A stretch of DNA of 64,000 nucleotides from NCBI RefSeq assembly GCF_964355755.1, contig NC_092676.1:24198871-24262870 (forward strand), given 5' to 3'. This document shows, one piece after another, positions 24,701-39,279 of the stretch (position 1 is the first letter of the stretch; each line of letters opens with the position of its first letter). The notes beneath the pieces were generated by a model. It ran no database searches. It saw only the letters and a list, made by a program, of their open reading frames with translations, and had not been told where the DNA came from. Source of the DNA: Antedon mediterranea (Eukaryota > Animalia > Echinodermata). The position numbers were made by a program, and so were the translations under genes.

Positions 24701-27700
24701 TGTTGGCCTCTCAAGATGTGTAGTTGGTTTGGGGTGAGTTATACCATAGAGAAATAAAGTTGTTTTCCATGATTATTACGAATATAATTTTGTATAGGAA
24801 AGTTAACATAGCCATTAGCTTTCGCTATTACAGTGAAACTTGAACAGGTGTACTGTGTATTTTATATAATATTGGGTCATTCTAGGACTGGTATCAGTGT
24901 ACAACAATTACGTGCGTTAGACATTTTATCTCAGCTTCATTACGATGTCACGTATGCCTACACCAATTCCATCAATGCCCAGAGGGGAAAAACGTCGCTT
25001 CGAGTTGGAAATCTAATAGAAAATCAGCGTCACGTTTTGGTTCATAATGCTAAACACTATAATGGCAATGTTTGACAAGATAATTTTATTTTTAGAAAGC
25101 AATGTGTCTGAGAAGCTGGTACGAAGTCGGTCGCGTAGCCAACCCGTCACTAAACCAACGCATCTTGAAACTTAGTGTTGATCTGCCGCCATGGGGAAAC
25201 CCGTGCATTGTCACTATCTACGTGCAGCCAACCACAAATATTCTTCTCGTCAAAGACCTGCTCAGTGACTTGCAGGCATATGGACCAGCAATGAGACTTG
25301 CGTCGTACGAGAAAGAGACATAGGCCGCCTATTGGTGATCGCCTCCTCAGAGTAGGTTGGTGACGTAGGCATTCACGATTTACAGTCTTTACAAAATCGT
25401 AATGAGGTATATGTTAATTAAAACGTTTTTATTTTTTTTAATTTCTTATTAATGATTATATTGTTTACAAAATGAGCATTTCTTAGTAGTGTTAGTACAG
25501 TGTTATATTTAGAGTAAAGCTTAATCCATCGAGAAGTGACGATGAGAAAAGCCTTATAGAAAGCATCTGAATATTAAAAATACAGTATTGATTAAAAAAA
25601 ACCTTTTACACGCCTGTGTTTTTAAAATGCAAATTATATAGCACTACATTTTTAGATTATATTACATTACCAAGTCTATAGCGGCATTCTTAACAAAACA
25701 CAGCTGTTCCACCTATACAAATAATCTTAAAAATGCTGTGTCTGCCCCCAGCTTGGGCAAATGTTGTGCGTAAGTCCCACGACAGGTAGACTCGATCCCC
25801 GTGAGACTAAGTTAAATAACAATACACAACCTATCAAAACGCACAGAGATGTGAATGCCACAGCTGGCTATTACAGTTCAGAGATAGATAATAGCATATT
25901 ATGATTCTATAAAAGAAAATCAAATAACTGCTTGAAAAACTCCTCAAGGGTGCAATTAAATGCATTCATATAGTAATGCCATAAGTTGTTGAATAACAAA
26001 CAAAGCGCTCCAAATGGCGACAACTATGCTGATGAAGTCACTGATGATGCAACTATATTTAATTTTAAGATTAGCGCAATTTTATTTCGCAATCTTTCCT
26101 ACTCGAACTCTGTACGAAGCATCGCTTGACAGCAACAATCCGCTTGTATATACGACGGCGAGTTTCGATTTTTGTTACTTTTAGGATTTTTTTATGCGGA
26201 GAGTAGGCCTACAATATTGATGGTGTAGTTTGCTGTCGTCGGTGCCCTTAAACGGTGCTCATGGTGGGAACTCTTTACCTTAAGCGTGGTTTCCACGAGG
26301 CGCAGGGGCAAACACATTTATTGGAAGGGCACTTTCTTACGTTACGTTGGTTGCATTACGTTGCGTCGCTAATGGGAACCAAGCTTTCGTTTATTTTATT
26401 TCGTTTATTTATTTTTTTCCACTCACTTATATATATATATATATATATATATATCATTTACATTTACATAACATATATTAAATGTGGGTGGATGGAAGTC
26501 ACAGTAAGTTCACTGAACTTTAAGTCGTGACTCCCGTATGCCTATAAGTATACTAACATTGCTACAGAGTAGACTAAAATATGAATATATAATAGTGAAA
26601 GTACATAAAATAAAAAATAAAAAAATTTAAATTATAGAAGTTAAGATAAACCAGGCAATTATATAATATAATGATAAAAGGGATAATGATAACAATTAGA
26701 GTACAATATGAAATATAATTAAATATGGTATAATAACAAGTATAACGATACAATGTAGCGGAGATTATTGAATACCAGGGTGAAGGATTTAATGCCATGT
26801 ATCACCACCAAATAAATAAGGATAAAAGATCGGCGAAAAATTATGTAGCATATTCTGACACCATTTTGTGTTTGAAATTAGATTTAAAACTAGAAAAGGA
26901 AGATTTCTGTTTAAGTTCATTTGAGAGTGAAGTCCAAAGTTTGGGACCAAAATAATGCATAGAAAATCGTCGAGCCTTAACATTTAAATTATCAAGGATA
27001 TAATTGTTAACAGAGGATCGGGTTTTATAGGAATGGCGTTCGTCAATTCTTGTAAATAAAGCATTAAAATGTGAAGGCAGTAAATTGTTAGATAAACGGT
27101 ACATAAATGAGGCAACTTGTAATTTATTTAAATCATAAATGTTTAAAACGTTAAATCTTTTAAAAAGTAATTTTGTATGGGCTCTAAATGATTCTCCCGC
27201 GCAAATCCGAAGTGCACGTTTTTGTAGTTTAAAAAGGCGGTCAATTTGAGTTTTCTCTAGACTTGTCCAGGGGCATAACGTATTAAATTTATCGAGAATA
27301 ATTGCCCAACATAAATTGGCATAAGAAAGGTAAGGCAAAACTAAAGTATTATAAAGGGTTAATAAGGTTTTTTTAGGGAAGATATGTTTTAATTTGTTCA
27401 ATATTCCAACATTTCTAGAAACTAGATTACTGATTTTATTTATATGTAGTTTCCAAGTCAGAGAGGCATCTATGGTTACTCCTAAAAATTGTGTTTCATT
27501 AACTCGTTTGATCATTTTATTATCAATGTATATTTGTTCATTTAAAGAATTTGAAATTTTACGTTTAGAAAATATTATATAGTTCGTTTTGAATGTATTA
27601 AGAGTTAATTTATTGTGTTTGAGCCAATTTGAAACTTTAAGTAACTCATCATTGACAATTTTAAACAAGGTATTTAATTTAGGATGAGAGAAAAAAATAT

Positions 27701-30700
27701 TTGTGTCGTCAGCAAATAAGATAAAATTTAGTAATTTAGAGCTGTTTGGTATATCGTTAACAAAAATCATGAATAAGGAGTGGTCCAAAAATCGATCCTT
27801 GGGGAACACCACAGGTTAAACGGGAATAGGAAGAGTTAAAATTATTTAAGGAAGTAAACTGAACACGATTGAAAAGGTAGCTTTTAATTAGTTTTAAAGG
27901 AAGGCCTCTGATACCGTAATTTGAAAGTTTATGAATTAAAATATCGTGGTTAATAGTATCGAAGGCCTTCGATAAATCAAGGAAAATGCCAACAGAAAAC
28001 TCATTTTTACTCAGGGCAATTGTAATTTTGTCAAAAATATCTAATAAAGCAAGATCTGTTGAATACCTTTTCCTGAAACCATATTGGCCTTTAAATAAAA
28101 TGTTATGTTTAGTTAAAAGGGAAGAAATTCGATTATGCATTATTTTTTCAATTAATTTTGAGAAACAAGGAAGTAGGGAGATTGGTCTGTAGTTATTGAA
28201 ATGATGAGGATCTTCTTTCTTGTAGATAGGGATGACTTTAGCTATTTTAAAAGAATCAGGAAAAATACCGGTTTGAAAAGAAGTATTAAAAATGTGAGTT
28301 ACCATAATTGCTGATTGGAGAAATCTTGTTAAAGCGTGGTTCCCACTAGAACGCAACGCAACGTAACGCAGCGACGTATCGACGCAAAGTGCTGTATTGC
28401 GTAATCACAAGTGGGAACCGACGACGCAATAGTGCTGCAAACATCGTAGGTTTGATTTCGTATCATTTTCTATAATTGTTATTCATGTGGTTTTGGGTGG
28501 TTCTCTTGACTTTCTCATTGATTCGGATAGAGCTCTTTGTGTTGGGATATCAGCAAGGAAGGGGTCCACACCATGTCACTCTGCTACACTTTTTCACGTT
28601 TGTTATATAAATCTATATTTGTTATTATAATTAGGCCAGCTAATGCCTAAAATGCGTCTCTTTTTGTGAAATATGTCAGTCTCGTCTTCCATTATGTGAG
28701 TCAGTAAAAACTTTAATTAAATCCAAGATAAGTGATTAGATTTTCTAGGAATATGTATTGTTGTATACGGTTTAATAAAATAAATGTATTTACATGTTGT
28801 ATCTGCTTTTTGTTTTATTGGATTGAAATCCGAATGTGAAAATATCGAATAAATTTCACCGATATCGGGGACATTCTTCTCTTAAACCCCCATAACCGTT
28901 CCACATGAATGAGGACAGACATGAGTGATATTAGACAACAAACGTTTGAAAAGTTCTGAAGTGCAGAAGGAAATGTATTATATTCTCCGGTTCAGCATTA
29001 AGCGTGGTTCCCACTAGCTAGCGACGCAACACAAGGACGTAACGCAACGCAAGTGAATTGACCAATCACAAGCGATGGCTTATTCGCTTGTCTATAACTT
29101 CGCTTGTCATTGGTTAAAACGCTTGCGTTGCGTTTACGTCCTTGCGTTACGTTCTAGTGGGAACCAAGCTTACAAGCGTGGTTCCCACTAGAACGCAACG
29201 CAGCGACGTTTTGACGCAAAGTGCTGTATTGCGTAATAATATCACAAGTGGGAACCGGCGAAGCAATAGTGCTGCAAAAAATTGCCGGTTTGATTTCACG
29301 CAGGTGGGGGCAAACACAATTATTGGAAGGGCATTTTCTTACGTTGCGTAGGTTGCGTTACGTTGCGTCGCTAGTGGGAACCAAGCGTTTGCAATACTGA
29401 ACTGAAATGTTTGCTCTAGATTAAGCGTGGTTCCCACTAGAACGCAACGCAACGTAACGCAGCGACGTATCGACCCAAAGTGATGTATTGCGTAATCGCA
29501 AGTGGGAACCGACGACGCACCTTTGTTGTAAAAATCGCAGGTTTGATTTCACGCAGGTGGAGGCAAACGCAATGATTGGAAGGGCATTTTCTTACGTTGC
29601 GTAGATTGCGTTACGTTGCGTCGCAAGTGAGAACTAAGCTTTAAGTAAAAAGTGCAGACAAATGCGCATGCCCAGTGAGCATAGTTATTAAAAACAAGCA
29701 TTTCCACCTCGCACCTACTATTTATGTTCTGTTTATGACGTCACTTAACGTCACACAATAGTTTAAATCTACGTGAAAGCTTTTAGTACACTTATAGTAG
29801 GTGATTTGCTATGTAATAATTTCTATAATCTAAATGTTTCTGGATTCTGGAAATAATTAAATTAAGTGTTTCAAACAATGAGGTTAAGCATTCCTGTGCG
29901 TATAAACAAAACCCAGAAAGAGGGCGCGCCATTTAAATGCGTTACAACTTATTATTTTGCAAAGCTAATTTTTTTTTCCATGCAAGAGTCGACAAAGACA
30001 AAACTATGATTGACAGCTCATTTGTGTCTTGAGACGTCATCACATCAAAGTGACACTCACTTTCTTTTTCAATTTATGTCATGGTTTAGCAGAAATTGTC
30101 AAATTTGTGTTTGTTGAAAATAAAGTGATTATTATTATAAATAACAGCTATTATAGTTAATAGTATAGATAGTATATAGCTAGACTGTGTTTCTACTTAA
30201 ATATTTTGGCACATAAGGCGTTTCATACGTATGATACTTGAGTTTAGAAACTGTATTTTCCAGACAAAAATTGAAACGCCGACTGATGGACTAACATAAA
30301 AAGGACTAATTAAATACAGACTTGGGGCAAGTCTATTAATCTAGATTCTAAACGGTGATTCAGCTTAATATTGGTAAAAAGATAACAGTTTTTGCATACA
30401 TGGCGTGTTATACATATACTTTTGCTGGAATCGCCGAGTTTTACGGACAAAAATCAAAATTCCGGCTGGTACTATGAAATTGATCGAATGAATTGTGATA
30501 ACATAAAAAAGGGACACTATACACTCCAGCCTTGAGGCAAATCTATTTTATACTATGAAATTGATCGAATGAATTGACATCATTATGTTGATGAAAAAAT
30601 GATAAATGTAAACTGAAGGCTATAAAACAATGCTATCTACAATTTTTTTCCATCCGTTGGTCGACTGGTTCTTGTTCGTAACTTTAATTAGTAATAGTAG

Positions 30701-33700
30701 GCCTCTTTATTTTTCAAATTGATAAACGGTGTAGGCCTACACGCATACTGATTATGTTACAAGTTAAACTAACGACACAAAAGACAAATTTAACATGTTT
30801 AAATCAATTTTATCATTTACCAGAGTTTTGAAAACGAATTGGAATCAGTGGTGGCGCCAGGATCTTCTCGACGCGGTGGAATTCCCCGACGAGGGTGCTA
30901 GAGCCCCCGTAGGTCAGGTCGAAAGAAGCCCTCCCAAGGATCGGAAAACTATGGCGCGCCAACCTGGCATTTATTAATAAAGATATCTTAGTTTTAAACT
31001 AAGATTTTTTAATAGAGATATCTTTATTAAAAATCGAAGATATCTCTAATCAAATATGAATAAATGACAGCTTGGCGCGCCATAGAAAATGTATTATTTA
31101 TGACATTTTGATAAAGATTAAAAATAACTTTGCAGTAGGCCTACTTACCCATATCGTCCGTCATCAATGTAGGCGGTTTCAAGTTCTCATCATTTTCTTC
31201 TGTAGTGACGTCACAATTGACTGGTTTATTACAGTTTCCATTTTCTATTGATTTTAACGCTACGGCGTTTGTCTGCGTCGGTTTACCAACTAAAGTCTTT
31301 GAACTCAGTTCAAATATATTATTTGTGTGCGTTGAGATCTGGCAATAAATAAATACAACACTTTATATTAAATGACGGCGAAGAGAAAATAATTAAATCA
31401 AAGATAAGTGTTATTAGATCTTCCAAGAAAACTGTCTAGAAAAATATAGAAAGAGTAACTGAGTTTGAATATAGATTTTTTTTTGTGATTGTATTTGTGG
31501 GTGTTCTATATTATATTAGCAACGTAAATGGTGGTAGGCCTAGGGGCCTTGTTTAAAAGTATCGAATTCACTGTAAAATAGTGTTTAGATCTTAAACATA
31601 TATTTTTTACCCACTTTTTGCACACGTAGTTACATTAGCGTTTTTAAAACCTAAACGTGTTTATTGCTACATGTTGTTTTCCTCCACTTGTTTAGCAGTC
31701 AACATATTTAGCGTTGTGTGCATATACGAGTTTACTATGGCAGTTAAAAAACTCCACACATGAGCTTCACATATGGCAACACGTTTAAAACCGTGTCTTT
31801 ATATTGCTCAACATGTTTAACAATCAACACGTCACTGATGTGACTAATTTTTAGTCATTTGTAATAAAATTCATTTCAGTCCTTGACTGTCGTTTTGTAA
31901 TATATTTTTATATACCGAATAAATAAAAAAAAAATGTGTTGAATTGGATACAGACTCCATGTTTAGAATGTAGAACATGTTTAAGGCTAAATGTGTCGGA
32001 AATGTGGGTACAAAATACATGTTTAAGATCTAAACACTATCTTTACAGTGTTGTGTCCACACAGTTTCTCGGAAGGCAGTGACAGAGTCAGGACACATAA
32101 TGCCTTTGGTTTCCATTCCACGGTTTAGCAAACAGAAACAATTGATACCCATGTTGCTTTAAACTAATTAATATTTGACAGGATTGGGCCTATAACGTTT
32201 CGGTTTCCTTCTATAAATACATTTCTATTTAGGTTGTAAGCAGAAAATGCTCCTAACCAGTATATGACAAAATATTTAATCATTTTATATAGTGTCTACT
32301 CTGAAAGATTATATGTCATTCTTTTAAATGAGCAATTAGGCCTACACAATTACCGTATTTATTCGAATAAACGCTCCCTCCCCCTCCAATAAACGCCCCA
32401 CTTTTAATAAACGCCCCACTTTTGATAAACGCCCCCATAGAACATCGTTTGGAATTTTTTTTTCATTTTTTCCCTCAAATAAACGTCCCGCCACATGAAT
32501 ATACACATTTATATTTTTAGTAGAATTCATTAACTTCCATGATCTATATTGACCAAGCATTTTGATGGAATTTTTACTGTATTTTATCACTACTTGTTAT
32601 TGATTGTAGTTTTTCATATTTAAAGAGAATTATTTTATTATATTACGCTAAAGCAAACAAACCGCCTCACTCGATTAAACGGGCCTCTAAGAACGAATAT
32701 ATACGGTAATCTTGTATGCACCTGGATATGCAAATTATATTACTTCGCTATGTCGGTTTCCTATGCGATGTAGAATTCCATTCACCATGAGAAGGCCGTT
32801 GCTGTACCGTAAGTTATTAATCTTCTTTAGCTTGTTTGAAAATTAGAGAGTTACTCTTACTTGCTAAGTCATAGAGAAATAAGTTATTATTTTCCATGCA
32901 TAAATTCTGATAGTATCATCTGTTGTTAATTAATTAACTAGATACTTCATCAATTAAGTAGATACTACATCAATTGCTATACGATACTGGACATTTTATC
33001 ACGTCACTGTAATTTTAAGCAAACAATAGTCAATTTGACTGCCAGCCAATTGGTTTTTGGTTGAATTTAACCGTTTATGTTGTCTTTTTAGGCCCTATAA
33101 GTGAAAACATTTTGGGGGGATTTTTGTATACGCAAGTGATTAACTTTATTAAAACTACAAAATGACCCATTCAAAGTCTGTTTTATTAAATTTTAATTTT
33201 CCATGTTCTTGGAGGACAATACATCTTTAATAGTTTCTATCAAATTAGTCCACAGTTTTAGACTAATCATTCATTTTAGTATCGTCCTCTGCAACAGCTG
33301 AACAGAACGTGCATAATTAGGCCTACATCATGGAGGAATTATATAGTCCTTCATGATTACATCGATGTATGACAATTGCGTATCAAACTAGAAAGCCACT
33401 TCGAGAGTGCATACCTCCGCCTACTGTAAAATTCTCCTACATAAGATTTCTCCGGTTAAAAAAATATATATATATTTGTGTGTCTTAATTCTGTTTGAGA
33501 TTTAGGCTAATTTCATTACAAGCATGCGTGTTCGAGTTTGGTGCAATGGTTATGTAACAAGCCTTTCAATTAACAATAGCTTCAGTTGACTAACAATAGA
33601 ACAGCAACGCAAAAATCAAACGAGTGAATTTGAAAAGAAATAGGTTTTTTAAACTACTCACATACTACTTCCTTGTTCTAAGTTCCTGTCTTAATTCATA

Positions 33701-36700
33701 GTTCATTTTCCTCTCTTTTTTTGATCTATCAGGATTAATATATATGTTTTTTAGAAATGCGTGATCCGTGCATCATGCAAAGGCAATTAAATTAACTGAT
33801 TTTCGATGACAAAGGGAACATGTTATTGAAAATATGTTTTTGAAAGTAAAGCTCTGTCTACAATATCAAACTTTATGTGACAAAAAAATATGATATGCCC
33901 ACATGATGATGTTATAACACTACCATATTTGAGCATATCATTACCATATTTGGCCACATAACTAGTGTAGACAGAGCTTTACACACATTTGCAATTCAAA
34001 GTCTAGACGGCGAATCAGCTTAATTAATATTAAAAAATAACATGTTGGCAAACATGGCGGAAGAGAATAACTCGAAAGAGAATAAATTGAGGCAAGCTCC
34101 ATATCACTGCTCGTCGAAGTGACGACAATGTTTCAAAAATTCTTATTATATTTATAGTAACAATCGTTTGATTTGATATCAGATCAGACCCCCATTATAA
34201 TTAAGAGTTATGCTCTTAAAATAAGTAAAATAATTTAACAAGTTTCTTGAATTAACTCACGGATATTAGTAGAAATCTAATTCCAAAATAAAAAGTGACG
34301 CCAATGTTTCACAAATATTTTTATATTTTTACAGTAGTAACAATCGTTTGATTTGATATCAGATCGGACCCCCATGATAAATAAGAAGTATACTCTTAAA
34401 ATAAATTGTAGGTTAAAATAATTTAACAACAGTTTCTTTGAATTCAACCCACGAATATTAGCAGAAATCGGAATTCCAAAATAAAACTTCTTCAGCAAAT
34501 TCCGTGTTACATCTCCGTCTAAATTCGAAAGGAAAATTACTAAAAAAGATGAAATGTTGTGGTTATCAGTGGATCTCAATGGAGAGACAATAAGCTTTTC
34601 GTATGTTTGAAAAATTCTCCTTTTAGTTAGTACATAGGCCTATAAATAACAGTGGAAATGCGTACATTTGTTGATAGTTAATAATTGTAATAGTAATTCG
34701 AAAGCAATTGCAATGGAGACGTGGTAATTATCTTTCAATTGGAATAATGTATTTGAAAGGTAATTATTCGTAAGTCAATCATTTTCAGAGAATAATAGTA
34801 ATTACACTGTCGTCATTAATGTATCGGTTGTCATAGTAACGGGACTGTAATGTTTATTTTCACCCGTAGGGCCTACTTTGTTAACATTATTATCTGTCGG
34901 ATGGTGTCAATGACCAGGTAGGCCTATTATCCTGCGTAAAGTGAGGAGTCGTGGTGGTACATAATACTGACGCACAGAAATAGGTTTACTGTACAGTGGC
35001 GTAACGGCTTTGAGCGCTCACTGGCTAAACCCAGGGACCCCGGAGCTTATGGGGGCCCCAGAGCAGTACCCAGAGGAAAATACAGGCATTAGAATATGTC
35101 GAAAAGGGCTAAAAACGGTCGAGGCCTCTAGCGTTGGTGGGCCACTTTGGGTTCCTAAACCAGGGCCTCGGACCTCTGCGTTACGCCACTGTTACTGTAC
35201 ATCATAAATGCGTAAAATATAACAGAAATATAGGCATATCTGTTATATCCCGACAGAGAAAATGATTAGGATTTGTGAGCGGGAGGAATGTGAAGCAACA
35301 TCTTATTTACACTGTTGTCTTATTATGTTGTATCGGTTGTCATAGTACCGTGCCAGTAATGTTTATACGGTATATTTTTCGCCAGTAATTTTCAGCCGGA
35401 TGATTCGCATGCTTGGTTAACTAATGACATGGTCTTTGGTTCTAATCATGGCTTTAGTCACCTGCTTTTTCTCAGGGGTTAGGCATATTGGTTGTTTTTG
35501 TGTTTATTTTATAGCGTTGGTAGGCGGATCAGTTGAGAGAGGGGATTTAGAATGTGGGACACAGAGTTGTGGGAACAATTTGATATCAAAATTGCGGTCT
35601 TTAGTTTAAATTGTTATTGAATCGTACGCCATCTTGTTGTTTTATTGTTTACATGCTGTTATAGAAACCGATCAAGCAAAAACCGGTGTTGATTGACAGC
35701 TGAAGACGAACAACAACAAGACAACGCAAATCAAACTGTGACAACTTACGCCATGGGACAAAACTGATGTGACAGTAACTGATGCTGTGGATTATATAGG
35801 CCGTGTTTCCGCAGCCAAAATTTAACCGATAAAAATTAACCTATAATTAACCGATAAACTGCCTGTGGAAACGGGGTTTAACCGATTCCACTTCTAGAAA
35901 AATTAACCGATAATATTATCTCATTCAAATCAAAAAATTATCGGATAAATGCGATTATTTTTAACCTTTGACCTAAAGGACAAATTGTTGCGTTGTGATT
36001 GGGTATCTGTTTGTTTTGGTAATAACTGACCATGCGCACTTTATTGATTAAGAAATTAACCGATAATAATTTGGCTGCAGAAACACGGCCTCAAACAGAA
36101 GATTTGTAGATTACCGTTTCCCAGGTGAATTCTGTTATGGGTCGCACCAGAATAAAATGCTCCTTCATCGGCTTGTCGATAAGGTTTGGTAGAACACTGT
36201 GTAGAACACGACCTGTAATGTTAAAAATATTGGTGTTTTATTTCGTTTATTACTAACATATATTCATTTCATAATGGCATTTCATAATGTTGATATCTTA
36301 AAATATTCATTAACATGTTCATTTCTTAGAGTACTCATATCTTAGCGTATTAATTTTTCTTAACGTATTCTTTCCTTAAAATAGGTAATATTTCTATCAT
36401 ATTCATTTCTTAACCATGTTCATTTCTTAACATCATCATAATATTAGCGCGTTAATTCTTTGTTTATTTTTAAATATTATGATAACACGTGACCTGTTAG
36501 CTTGACACGAAGCTTTATATAATATTTCATCATTTCATATAATTTAATTTTTCAAAATGATCATTAATTTTGTAAAATGTCACTTTTGTGTAAAAAGTGA
36601 AAAAGCTGTAAAATGTAACAAACATGTTTATGACGATATAAATATTATTTCACCTGTAAGATATACAAAATAAAATAAAGATCGATGAGTTGAGAGTATT

Positions 36701-39248
36701 TCCCCCAATAAAATATTAAATGCTTTTTTTTACATAAATTTGTCGAAGACAAATAGATAGTAGAAACGGGATGGACGAGAATAAACAGGAAAACATAGAT
36801 AATAAGGCTGGTAAGAAAATGTGATGTAATAATGTCACTGATGAATGTATAATATACCATCATTTGGCACATTCCTATTAAAGATGTATTGGTCCTAAAA
36901 AACATGACTATTTTTTGCTTTAAAGTACAGTTTTTTTAGCAGGTAATATTTTTTGTATCCAATTTTTAGTAAAAGTGAATAACTATTATGTAACATTAAA
37001 ATTGCATATTCAATTCAAAACAAAAATGCAAGAAAAAATGTTTTTAATACATCTTTAAAGGCACACTTTTTGTGAAACGAACGATGGGGAAGTATGTTGT
37101 ATCTACGGCCCCCCACTAAGGTTACACACCCCCATTAAGGGAACATTTCGTTGTGTCTCGAAGGTGTCTTCTTAATATGGGTTATAATCTTATAGCTTTA
37201 ATCTAATAGCTAATCTAATAATTAAACATACCTACCTGTACAATTAATCATCATTTTTGAGTTAAAAACAATATGAAATGGGAATAAATCCAATAGTATA
37301 CTGGAGCGTATATTGGCTCTAACACCTTTCTGGAAATCACTGTTAAGGGGTTCACAGAATTCCTTGTTGTCGAATGTAAGTCGAAATATTACGTAATAAG
37401 CTTTGTCTTTTTTGAACTCGTTCATAACTTTAACATCGATTGCTATACTGTAGAATCGAAGACCAACTTCTTTTAGCTGTCCTATATTTAAAAAGAAAGA
37501 AAAAGGAAATGTTAAATTTAACGAAATACGATAACTAGTGAAGCTTGAAGAAATGCAGCTGCCTGATGACAATGGATAACGTGCACCAACAACCATCATC
37601 ATTAGTAAATCATTTTCGAATCTGTTCCAATTTCCTATATTTTAAAAATATTTGACGAGAACAAGGAAGAATTTCTTTACATTAAGAGCAATTAAGGAAT
37701 GGAATAGTTTGTCAATAGAGGTTGTCAATGCTCAGTCCATAAATAGTTTCAAGAACAAATTGGACAAATGCTGGTCTTCAAAACCACAAATACTCATTAA
37801 AGTAGTTTCACAATGTTGCCATCCAGGTAAGCATTAGTCATAATACAATGCTGCACCACCCTATTTTCCCGTTCTGTGTGTTTTCAGAGCGGTTAACAGG
37901 TGAAACGACTTCAATCGAAAAAACTTCCTATGAAATCCTATGAAATTGTAGGAAGAGTTCCAACTCTGTTTTTTTCATTACTACCAACGAATCTGGACTT
38001 TCTTTTAAAATTAGTGTTTTTTTAAGCTTCATCCTGAAATAATTATACGAAAAAGTCGACTGGTCATTGTTTTAATTTTAAGGTTCCTACTCTTTCATTT
38101 ATAAATAAATTGAGATTTGTCGGTAAACTCAAGCTGCCATATTATTTGAAATGTAGTACTCTTATATAAAATTCCCACTCAATTGCCATGTACGTCATAT
38201 ACACAATTAAAATTCTAACTGAGCTTAAAAAAACCTGAATGCCAGAATCTCTGGATTCAGTTTAAATTTATTTTAAAAGATATGAAAACACTAGGCATGT
38301 TGTAACCTAGGCCTATAAGTGGCATCCATATTTGAATTGTATTTATGTAATGACATGACATACGTTTCCAAAATATACTGTATTTTAAAATGTATTATAT
38401 TATGTACAAAGTGTGGAGTTTTATGTTATTTGTATGCATAATAATCAAAACACTATGTATAAAGGTTAAAAGTGTAAAAATCAGAAAATAACGAAAAAAA
38501 GTAGAAAACGGTAATTTAATGTACGAAAATGAAATGTGAAAAAAATATGTATGAAAGATTGAATGAATAAGGTGGTGGTTAACCACAAAAGAGAGAAAAA
38601 AAATCCCACGTCTGTACCTGAAGACTAAAAAGGCATGGTTCCCACTAGAACGCAACGCGTAAACGCAACGCAAGTAATTTGACCAATAACGAACCAAGAA
38701 CGCGAGCCTTTTATTAATGATGCGTGTCTGTCAACCTCTCCTCAACCCCTTGTCAGTTAACTTAACTAATTTATTCTGTGGAAACAACACACTCTCAAGA
38801 TGTGGTAATGTTACGCATCAATTACATTTTATAGTCCAATAAATTGTCGTAGTTTTGTTCCAAAGAATGGGTAACGATTACGTGTACGATGTAGTGACGA
38901 ATAATATTATTCTGGTACATAATAATTTACACATTAATTGAGTATAACACTGTTTGAAGAATAATAATTATGGCCACTGTCTTAAGTAAACATTTTTATT
39001 TGAGATGGTATTATGCAAACAAAATGAATAATATGTAATAACCCGTAACTTACGATAGTGATGTGTGCGACCCCGGATAATAAAACAGGTCCGTAAAAAG
39101 ACGAAGGGAAGAGGGGAGGGTAATCCTTAAATGCTAAAAATCACCATGCACTTAAACCATTGCTCTATAGCGCTTTTGCCAGGTGTTAATACGTCTACTT
39201 CGAAATCCATTATTCTTAATCAATGATTATCCACTGCAAAAATGTTTA

Positions 39249-39279
<31 letters not shown>

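Noticed and set aside
28333-29640. Recurring gtggttcccactag motif, considered as a repeat-spacer array
   Set aside because: The motifs are inverted termini of MITE copies whose interiors are homologous to dispersed copies.
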